A stretch of DNA of 64,000 bases, from NCBI GenBank assembly GCA_043228905.1, contig JBHGNT010000115.1, forward strand, positions 1 through 64,000, given 5' to 3'. The stretch's first letter is position 1, and every line of letters starts with the position of its first letter. Of the stretch, positions 10,717-21,307 are shown one piece after another. Under the pieces are notes generated by a model. It was not told the DNA's origin. It saw only the letters and a list, made by a program, of their open reading frames with translations, and did not search any database. A program made the translations under genes and the position numbers. The stretch is from Azolla caroliniana (Eukaryota; Plantae; Polypodiophyta).

Positions 10717-13467
10717 TTTGGTATCAGAGCCGTACATTACAAGAACATGCTAGACATGTCCGCTTTGTTTTACAAACATTGCGTGACAAACAGTTTTATG
10801 CGAAGATCTCAAAATGTGAGTTCTTCAAGAAATCAATTACTTATCTAGGACATCTCATAACCGAACGAGGAGTTGAAATTGATCCTTCTCGCATTGAGAA
10901 AATCAAGCTTTGGCCCACTCTTCGGAATATTCGAGAAGTTCGATCATTCCTTGGTTTTGTGGGGTTTTTGCGAAAGTCTCTTCGTAATTACTCCCAATTG
11001 ACGACGCCGTTTACTGATCTTTTAAAAGGTCAAACGCGTAAGTCTACAAAACCTATTGTGTGGAATGCTACACTAGACCTTGCATTTAAGGAACTCAAGG
11101 ACCTGGTTTGCAAGGCTCCTTCACTTCTTTTACCCGATCCTTCAAAACCTTTTGAGGTTGAAACCGATGCAAGCGATTATGCTATAGGTGCTGTCTTGTA
11201 TCAAGATGGTAAACCAATAGCATTCGAGAGTAAGAAACTTGATTCTGCTCAATGTCGGTATACCGTTCAAGAAAAGGAATTATTTGCAGTTATACATGCG
11301 CTCAAAACATGGCGCCATTATCTTTATGGAAATCACTTTGTGGTAACTACGGACCACGAGTCCTTGAAATATTTTTGTGACCAACAAGACCTGAAAGGTC
11401 GTAAGGCACGATGGGCTGATCTCATCCAGGACTTTGATTTTTCCATACGATATCGTAAAGGTTCCATGAACATTGTCGCTGATGCACTAAGTCGCATCCG
11501 TGAAGTTAACACGCTTAGCTTCACTGAAATATCATCAGATCTTTATGATCACCTTCGAGGAAAGTATCCTGATGACAGTTATTTCGCAAAATACTGGGCA
11601 AGAGTTGAGTCTGGAACAGACACCACCACATCCTCGAAGGAATACTTCCACATTGCTAACGGTTTGCTCTACCGTAATGGGAAGGTTTGTGTTCCAGATT
11701 TACCCGAGGTCAAAAAGAGGATTCTTTTTGAATGCCATGATGCACCCTCCGCAGGGCACCCTGGAATACATCGTACACTCGTTCTTATCTCCACTCAATT
11801 TTATTGGCCTAAGATGCGTCCTGACATACATAGCTATGTGACTAAATGTCACCAGTGTCAGGTTAACAAAGCCGAGCGACTTAAAGCCGCAGGACTTTTA
11901 CATCCCTTGGACATTCCCAATAATAAGTGGGAAAGTATATCCATGGATTTTATTGTTAGCCTTCCTCGCACCCAAAAAGGTCATGATGCCATCTGGGTTG
12001 TCGTTGATCGACTAACTAAAATGGCCAGATTTATTGCTACTAAAACCACGGTAACAGCTCCTGAATTGGCTTACCAATTCGTTGACGAATTGTTTCGTTT
12101 TTATGGGTTACCGATGGATATCGTGAGTGATCGAGATCCAAAGTTTACTAGTGACTTCTGGACACAAGTCTTTAAGAAGTTAGAAACTACGTTGAGCATG
12201 AGCTCCACGGATCATCCTCAATCCGATGGACAGACAGAACGAGTAAATCAAATTATTGAGGACATGCTTCGAGCATACGTTGGTGCAAAACCAACAAAAT
12301 GGGAACGTTATCTCCCAATTTTGGAGTTTGCTTATAACAGCTCCAAGCATACGTCGACGGGATATAGTCCTTTTATGTTGATGTATGGTTTTCAGCCACG
12401 AGCCCCGATTGATGTTACTATACATCATGATGAGTTGCGAAGTACGCAAAACTTTCTTCGGGATATGCAAGATATGTTGCATATTGCACGAGATAATATA
12501 AAAACAGCTCAAGATAGAGCGCGTTTTTATGCCGATCATCATAGGCAACCTCGTGTATTCAACCCTGGACAGAAGGTATTTTTACGTGTACCTCACAATT
12601 CTAAGACATTGTCTACGGGTAAGTGCGCTAAGTTAGCCCCACGGTTTTGTGGACCTTTTACAGTCCTCAAACGCATTGGGTCATCAGCCTATCGTCTCGC
12701 TCTTCCCGATGGTGTCGGAATTCATCCAGTCTTTCATGTGAGTCGTCTAAAAGAACTTCTAGGTTCTGGCGACAATACAGTTACGACTGAAACTCTGGTT
12801 ACTTCTGAAGAATTATCTTCTAAACCACATGTGCCAGAAAGAATTCTCGATGTTAAAACAAAAAAATTACGTACTAAAGAAATCCGAGAATTCAAAATAA
12901 AATGGATGGATAAATCAATAAAAGATGCCACATGGGAACGCGAAAATACTCTTAGAACTAACTTCCCTAACTTTCCATTGCAAGAGTGCAATGTTTTAAA
13001 GAGGGGGAGTATGTTACGGGCATGACCATATAATATCCCGTGGTAAGAATTTACCGTAGTATTCTATACACGTGGATAAGTGTGAGGGTTAAATGAGAGT
13101 GTAAAGAAGGGGAGGATTACTTTTAATCCTCGGGATTGAGACAACCCATTAGGTCAAGTGTGAACTTGCCTGGGGGCCTTGGGTTTCGCTATAAATAAGA
13201 GGCCTAGCTACCCTCATTTGAGGATCTTTTGACTACATCGAGACTCTGCTCGTGTGGTGGGTCAACTCTTGTAGCGAGCGCGCCAGCACCAGGTACGACT
13301 CGACGCCACGGCGGTGGTATGGGACGCCGATCGAGGCTCGAGTCCGTCTCGATCCCTTCGCTCGGGGGTGGTCGGGTGGATCGGCACCCTTCTTTCACTT
13401 TCTCCTTTCTATCTATCTTTTCATTATCCTTATCTTAAGCTTACGTTAGTATCTATGATCTATAATA
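10717..13467 (+). mobile_element. Internally deleted unit C (2751-bp repeat): PBS fused to late RT, then RNase H, integrase, chromodomain, PPT and LTR
   Basis: 10732 onward equals 7981 onward; 3813 bp (leader, gag, protease, most of RT including FLDD) are missing; otherwise appears identical to copy B. Confidence 0.95.
13012..13467 (+). repeat. LTR 4 (3' terminal LTR of the young array)
   Basis: Identical-looking LTR ending precisely at TAATA and abutting internal pol sequence CGATT. Confidence 0.95.
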
Positions 13468-16400
13468 CGATTCATTCATTAAGAATTTCTATTGATACTT
13501 ATATAGAGGAAGTAGACTTCCATGTAATGAATCTTTGTACCACCGATGTAATACTGGGTTATCCCTGGTTTTATAATAAAAACTCTTCTTTATTTATTGA
13601 TTGGGTTCGTCATTCCATTTCTTTTGTACTGAACGATTGTACGCATTTTATTCAATGTGTAAAAAAACAATCCCTCTCGATTGTTTCCTCGTGTCCATCA
13701 ATATCTGAGTTGTCTTGTTCTACATTATTTTATTGTGTACTTGATCTGGACATTCACATTTACAATATCGATAATGTCCTGGTTCAATTAACATATTTTG
13801 AACAACAACTTGATGAAATCTTAAATGATTTTCATGATATTTTTCCAAGTGAACTACCTGATGGGTTACCTCCTAAACGTAATATAGACCATCGTATAGA
13901 TATTGTACCTGGTGTTGCACCAATAAGTATACCTCCGTATTGCTTAAGTCGATCCGAAGAAGATGAGGTATCTAAGCAACTCAAGGACTATTTACGAATG
14001 GGTTATATACGTTATAGTAAATCTCCATGGGGTGCACCAGTTCTCTTGGTTAAAAAGAAAGAGGGCACATGGCGTATGTGTATTAATTACCGACGCTTGA
14101 ATAAAGTGACGATCAAGAATTCGTACCCATTGCCCCGGGCTGACGATCTAATTGACCGTCTCCAAGGAGCTCGGTATTTTACGAAACTTGATCTCCGTAC
14201 TGGCTACCATCAAATACGAATAAGTGAGGACGATGTTCCTAAAACGGCATTTCGTACGCGCTATGGCCATTACGAGTTTTTGGTTATGCCTTTTGGTTTG
14301 ACCAATGCTCCGGCTACTTTTCAACAAGAAATGAATGACATTTTCCGAGAACAACTTGGAAAATTTGTCGTTATTTTCTTGGATGATGTTTTAGTTTATA
14401 GTCGTACATTACAAGAACATGCTAGACATGTCCGCTTTGTTTTACAAACATTGCGTGACAAACAGTTTTATGCAAAGATCTCAAAATGTGAGTTCTTCAA
14501 GAAATCAATTACTTATCTAGGACATCTCATAACCAAACGAGGAGTTGAAATTGATCCTTCTCGCATTGAGAAAATCAAGCTTTGGCCCACTCTTCGGAAT
14601 ATTCGAGAAGTTCGATCATTCCTTGGTTTTGTCGGGTTTTTGCGAAAGTCTCTTCGTAATTACTCCCAATTGACAACGCCGTTTACTGATCTTTTAAAAG
14701 GTCAAACGCGTAAGTCTACAAAACCTATTGTGTGGAATGCTACACTAGACCTCGCCTTTAAGGAACTCAAGGACCTGGTTTGCAAGGCTCCTTCACTTCT
14801 TTTACCTGATCCTTCAAAACCTTTTGAGGTTGAAACCGATGCAAGCGATTATGCTATAGGTGATGTCTTGTATCAAGATGGTAAACCAATAACATTTGAG
14901 AGTAAGAAACTTGATTCTACTCAATGTCGGTATACCGTTCAAGAAAAGGAATTATTTGCAGTTATACATGCGCTCAAATCATGGCGCCATTATCTTTATG
15001 GAAATCACTTTGTGGTAACTACGGACCACGAGTCCTTGAAATATTTTTGTGACCAACAAGACCTGAAAGGTCATAAGGCACGATGGGCTGATCTCATCCA
15101 GGACTTTGATTTTTCCATACGATATCGTAAAGGTTCCATGAACACTGTCGCTGATGCACTAAGTCGCATCCGTGAAGTTAACATGCTTAGCTTCATTGAA
15201 ATAACATCAGATCTTTATGATCACCTTCGAGGAAAGTATCTTGATGACAATTATTTTGCAAAATACTGGGCAAGAGTTGAGTCTGGAACAAACACCACCA
15301 CATCCTCGAAGGAATACTTCCACATTGCTAACGGTTTGCTCTACCGTAATGGGAAGGTTTGTGTTCCAGATTTACTCGAGGTCAAAAAGAGGATTCTTTT
15401 TGAATGCTATGATGCACCCTCAGCAGGGCACCCTGGAATACATCGTACACTCGTTCTCATCTCCACTCAATTTTATTGGCCTAAGATGCGTCCTGACATA
15501 CATAGCTATGTGACTAAATGTCACCAGTGTCAGGTTAACAAAGCCGAGCGACTTAAAGCCGCAGGACTTTTACATCCCTTGGACATTCCCAATAATAAGT
15601 GGGAAAGTATATCCATGGATTTTATTGTTAGCCTTCCTCGCACCCAAAAAGGTCATGATGCCATCTGGGTTGTCGTTGATCGACTAACTAAAATGGCCAG
15701 ATTTATTGCTACTAAAACCACGGTAACAGCTCCTGAATTGGCTTACCAATTCGTTGACGAATTGTTTCGTTTTTATGGGTTACCGATGGATATCGTGGGT
15801 GATCGAGATCCAAAGTTTACTAGTGACTTCTAGACCCAAGTCTTTAAGAAGTTAGAAACTACGTTGAGCATGAGCTCCACGGATCATCCTCAATCCGATG
15901 GACAGACAGAACGAGTAAATCAAATTATTGAGGACATGCTTCGAGCATACGTTGGTGCAAAACCAACAAAATGGGAACGTTATCTCCCAATTTTGGAGTT
16001 TACTTATAACAGCTCCAAGCATACGACGATGGGATATAGTCCTTTTATGTTGATGTATGGTTTTCAGCCACGAGCCCCGATTGATGTTAATATACATCAT
16101 GATGAGTTGCGAAGTACGCAAAACTTTCTTCGGGATATGCAAGATATGTTGCATATTGCACGAGATAATATAAAAACAGCTCAAGATAGAGCGCGTTTTT
16201 ATGCCGATCATCATAGGCAACCTCGTGTATTCAACCCTGGACAGAAGGTATTTTTACGTGTACCTCACAATTCTAAGACATTGTCTACGGGTAAGTGCGC
16301 TAAGTTAGCCCCACGGTTTTGTGGACCTTTTACAGTCCTCAAACGCATTGGGTCATCAACCTATCGTCTCGCTCTTCCCGATGGTGTCGGAATTCATCTA

Positions 16401-17138
16401 GTCTTTCATGTGAGTCGTCTAAAAGAACTTCTAGGTTTTGGCAACAATACAGTTACAACTGAAACTCTGGTTACTTCTGAAGAATTATCTTCTAAACCAC
16501 ATGTACCAGAAAGAATTCTCGATGTTAAAACAAAAAAATTACGTACTAAAGAAATCCGAGAATTTAAAATAAAATGGATGGATAAATCAATAAAAGATGC
16601 CACATGGGAACGCAAAAATACTCTCAGAACTAATTTCCCTAACTTTCCATTGCAAGAGTGCAATGTTTTAAAGAGGGGGAGTATGTTACGGGCATGACCA
16701 TTTAATATCCTGTGGTGAGAATTTACCGTAGTATTCTATACACGTGGATAAGTGTGAGGGTTAAACGAGAGTGTAAAGAAGGGGAGGATTACTTTTAATC
16801 CTCGAGATTGAGACAACCCATTAGGTCAAGTGTGAACTTGCTTGGGGGCCTTGGGTATCGTTATAAATAAGAGGCCTAGCTACCCTCATTTGATCATCTT
16901 TGGACTACATCGAGACTCTGCTCTTGTGGTGGGTCAACTCTTGTAGCGAGCGTGCCAGCACCAGGTACGACTCGACGCCACGGCGGTGGTATGGGACGCC
17001 GATCGAGGCTTGAGTCCGTCTCGATACCTTCGCTCGGGGGTGGTCGGGTGGATCGGCACCCTTCTTTCTCTTTCTCCTTTCTATCTATCATTTGTTTATC
17101 CTTATCTTAAGCTTACTTTAGTACTTAGATCTCTAATA
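13468..17138 (+). pseudogene. Older diverged copy D of the same chromovirus (3' part, interrupted by the young array)
   Basis: Resumes in the protease region (equivalent to 7042); scattered substitutions, a CAA deletion, TGG>TAG stop at 15831-15833; ends with PPT and a diverged LTR. Confidence 0.93.
16684..17138 (+). repeat. LTR 5 (diverged 3' LTR of old copy D)
   Basis: TGTTACGGG...CTCTAATA with multiple differences from LTRs 1-4; followed by unrelated flank TAGCT. Confidence 0.92.
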
Positions 17139-17338
17139 TAGCTTTCTTCTCAACGGCGTGTCTCAAGACATTTATTATGTCTCTCTTCTTTCGAGTCTAG
17201 ATAGACTCTCTGAGGCAATATGCATGCCTTTTCCCTTTGAAGAATGTGGAATATCGTTTTTGCTCCTCGAGCAAGGCATGCCTAAGACAAATGTAGCTAG
17301 TTTTGGGTCTACATAGGTTATATGATCAGGATCAAAAT

Positions 17339-17341
<3 letters not shown>

Positions 17342-17377
<36 letters not shown>
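17342..17377. repeat. (TA)n microsatellite
   Basis: Direct reading. Confidence 0.9.
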
Positions 17378-17380
<3 letters not shown>

Positions 17381-18584
17381 TCTATCTATCCATTCTCCAT
17401 GATGAATTGATGATGAAGAAGAAATTGATGACCCATATATGGATAACAATATTAACATACATCTTGTTCCTTTCATGGTACAAAAGAGGCAACAAAAAGA
17501 AGCCCCCCATCTTGGAGTTGAAAATGAAACATGTCCATGAGATTTGTCAACTACTAGTGTTTTGATGATGGGTGCTCTTTGGTATTTAGCTCTGTGTAAA
17601 AGCTAGCAATAAGAGATCAAGAGTCCATTGTATGTAGATGTCTTCATTGGAGGGAGATCAAAGACCCAATTCCTCATTTTGATCATTGAGAGATGATCAC
17701 TAGTGGAGTTTTGTCCTTTGAAGGCATGTCAATATGGCATGTATCAATGACATTGCAACGTCATAACAAGTTTATCCTTGTAGCAAGGAGAAGTTTGTAT
17801 TTTTCTCTCTCACAATGTCAAATGTGAGAGCCTAATTTTTTTATAATCAACGGGTAATCCTTATAATTGATAAGTGTGAACTTGGCTAAAGTTAGGTAAT
17901 CCTTATAACAAGCTTCAATTTTGCTCGGCCATTAGGAAAGGGTAGCTAAATTCCCTAGGTTGCCAATTGTGAACAAAATTCTTACATATGAATTTATGCA
18001 ATAAAGAAAGAAACGAGTAGCTTAATCCAATCACATGTTTATAAGTATTCCGTGAAATTACTTGAAAATATTTCTCCTTTGACCTCCACCATTGGGATTT
18101 ATCATGCTCCTTTGACCAATTTTGTCTAATAATAAGCGAGATGGAGATGACAAGCTAGAACCAGTTGAAGCTACCCCCATGGCACCAACATCTAAATGTT
18201 TAATAGTCTCTTTTATCCACCGTACTTGTTCTTAGCCAATAAGAACAAGGAGCACGATTCTCACTCATTTAATTGATCTAAAGCTTTTTTAATCTCCCAT
18301 CAATTAGTGGATGCCAACTTGCAAGTAAGCCGGTTAAAAGCAAAGAGAGCGTGAGAGGGAGAGAGTGATAGACAAACTATGTAGTTGATGCTTTGGTAAA
18401 TGATTTTTTATGTTTCAATAAACTTCTCTTGGTAATCTTGAGAAGGGATCCATGCATGAGAGCAATTTGCCCTTGGGCATACAAATGAGATATTAATTGG
18501 AGGAAGTCTCCTATCATCTCGCAATGTATTTGGACTATATAGTATGGCAAGGATTCATGGTTGAAAAAGAGTTTATTGGGATTG

Positions 18585-19075
18585 AAAGTTTTGAATTGCC
18601 TTAATTATTTATTTTCGAAAAAAATATTCTTCATTAGTAGAATTCTACATACATGACGAAATTATTAGACTAAAAACATTACAATAGCTCTAGCCATGAT
18701 GACCTATGAGAACCACAAATAAGGGTAGTGAAAGACAAAAAAGGAATGATAGGAGACATCGTATATTTATTGAAAAAAAAACGTCATCCTTTGTTCGAAC
18801 GTGACCATGTCCTCCGGCTCCATTATGAATTGCCTAATTAAATTGATTAATTAGATGACTATCAAGTTGAGGGGCAAGTTTGTGTATTGAAAGTCACAAA
18901 CCCTTTTTTACCAAAAAATATTTTTTATTAGTAGAAATTCTACATACATCACAACGAAATGATTAGTTTGACAACATTATAAAGGTTGTAGCCATGATAG
19001 GCCAATAAACAAAGCTCAAAGACTCAGAGTGGAAAACAAAAAAGAAATGCATGATTGGACTTCTATATGTAATGA
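18585..19075 (+). repeat. Degenerate ~295-bp tandem duplication
   Basis: ATTAGTAGAATTCTACATACAT...TAGCCATGAT at ~18634 recurs at ~18927. Confidence 0.65.
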
Positions 19076-20769
19076 CCGTCTAATGAAACCCCTTTGAGTA
19101 TGATTCATCCTAACCTTCTCTCCATTGAACGATGAACACATACTAGCCTTCGACTTAGCTGACAATGTATGTGGACTACTTCAACACCTGCTTCAGCTAC
19201 TACATTTGTCGACACCACAATTCCCATTGATGCCCAAGCAACTATTTTCTTCACCATATGTCGACTTAGCCTTATGCAGGCTTACCAAACGACTTTATAT
19301 CCTCATTGAGATCTACATCAGAAAAAGTCCTTTCTAAATCTTCAAGGTCTTTCAGAAATTCCATTTCAATCGAAACCTTTTCAAAAGATTGAATTTCATC
19401 TAATGCTTCTTTGGAGACTTGGTAGGAGAAATATCATTACAACTAGGCAAATGAAGCGCAATATCATTGCCCCCTACTTCTACAAGTCTCCAAGGTCGCA
19501 TTTTTCTTGCTCTGTTTATCACATCCACACCATCACAGATCTGTAGAGGATTCATACTTTCATTGATTTCTTCCAGACCGAACCTAGTATCTTGATCTTC
19601 ATAATCTACATTCTCCACTCTTAGCCATGTCATGTACGCCTTAAAGTTTGTACAACATATTATGGAACCCATTATATTGTAGTATTTGTTGTTGTCATCA
19701 ACCAATAAGGATTTGCATTCCATTTTGTAACCTCTAAGATATTTTGTTGTGGATAAAGAGGGATAAAATGGGAATCACATGGGGTGCATTGAACTATTTA
19801 GTAATCCAGAAATTCTTCACGAGGCTACAATATTGGACTTACATACCCATGTGATGGCTTACAAAATTCCATTATTGCAATACATGTTTTCACACTCACA
19901 ATTGTAAATATCTTTAGCCAGTATCTTCATTGAGAAAGAGGGTGTAACCAATGGGAGGAGAACAATTAAGGATCATGGTGGCATTTACTTAATGCTCCAC
20001 TTAAAACCTTGTTCTTCGTGTACTTGGCACTTGGGTGACTCATGGCACAAAACATCTTTATTTTTATGGGCATTGTCTTTGTTTCAAGGTCAAAGAGGTG
20101 GGAGATGCAATTTTTACTCAATCTTAGAGATTTTGGAATTTTATTCAAGAGTGGTAATTATTATGCATCTCTCCCAATCATAGGTTTATTTGGTAGTAAA
20201 TAGCGAGTATAACATTAATGTAGGGTCCTTTACCTAGGGATTCAAATTTGTATATTGTGATGAGTAAAATCTACCTAAAATTAGAAGAGAAACCATGGGA
20301 TTGATTGATGTGTACAAGGTCAAACTTTGGTTTTACAAGTGACTAATAATATATTACCATAGATCCACGAAGTCTCTTTGAAGTTATCTAAGGCTGAGCG
20401 AGAATGGAAAGTACATAACTTTGATGATGGATAATGACAAATCTTGAAATGTAGTTGACATTTTAAATTGCCGCTTATGGCAAACGTCCTTATTTGGAGA
20501 GTACTAAGTGGGGATTTACCTTTGGGAAGATAGTACTTAACATTCCATATTATGGACGATTATTCTTAAGATCTAACAAGTTCGATCACATTGTTATTTG
20601 ATGCAAAGACAATGGGTGGTTGCACAATTCACATTGCTCAACCGATATCATAGATGGAGATATTGGGGATTGCATCATAATTGGGATATGCTCAATGAGT
20701 TTGTATTTGACTGTAAGCACGCAACCAACCATATCCATGAAAGTTAGAGCATCTATGCGGTTGTTTTGC

Positions 20770-20928
20770 TTACTGGAGCAAGTCAAGATTCTTTCTTTGA
20801 TGGATTGTTCATCTCGCTTATTAGAGGTTTAACATGTCCCACCACTACCCCATGTAGTGGCGGCACTGCACAGTTGGGGTGCCATTGCAGTGTTTTTCAC
20901 GCACATTTATCAATATAATTGTGTGTTT

Positions 20929-20960
<32 letters not shown>
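20770..20960 (+). repeat. Dispersed repeat, probable 3' end of a non-LTR element with a (CA)n tail
   Basis: Homologous to 49085-49255 (GGAGCAAGTCAA..., CCACTACCC(C)ATGTAGTG, CCATTGCA.TGTTTTT, AATATAATTGTGT). Confidence 0.6.
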
Positions 20961-20962
<2 letters not shown>

Positions 20963-21307
20963 GAGAGTCATGTAAAGTCAAGCCTAGATGTTTGTAGATC
21001 AGTTGGTACGGTTGTCCAACAAAGACTAGAGATCATGAGTGTAACCCTAGACCACACTGGTATCTAATAAATCAAGAAAACATATGTAATGAAGAGGCGT
21101 GTAAAATAGAGCCAAGTATTGTGTTAGTAGTGCATATAAGAAGTTGCAATTTAGTGTAAGCTAAAATAGAAAAGAAAAGGGTCAAGGTCAAGGTCAAGGT
21201 CATGAAAAGTCTGATAATGACTTAGAAGCAAAACAAAGCCTGTCTTCCAATTACAGGGCCTAAGCGTCAGGAAACAGAAGAGACAGACACATACCTTCTC
21301 TCGACCT

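Noticed and set aside
13314-15833. 839-aa ORF as a genuine gene
   Set aside because: It is a chance fusion of LTR 4 to the interrupted old pol and ends at a premature TAG.
17400-18000. Possible remnant of another Ty3 element, with a short AAGTGTGAACTTG match to the LTR
   Set aside because: Too degenerate to define boundaries or domains by eye.
19080-19730. Possible pseudogene fragment (ORFs 19125-19337 and 19400-19723)
   Set aside because: No motif I can identify with confidence.
21248-21270. ER-stress element (CCAAT-N-CACG) in the SDF2 promoter
   Set aside because: CCAAT is present but the CACG half-site is missing.
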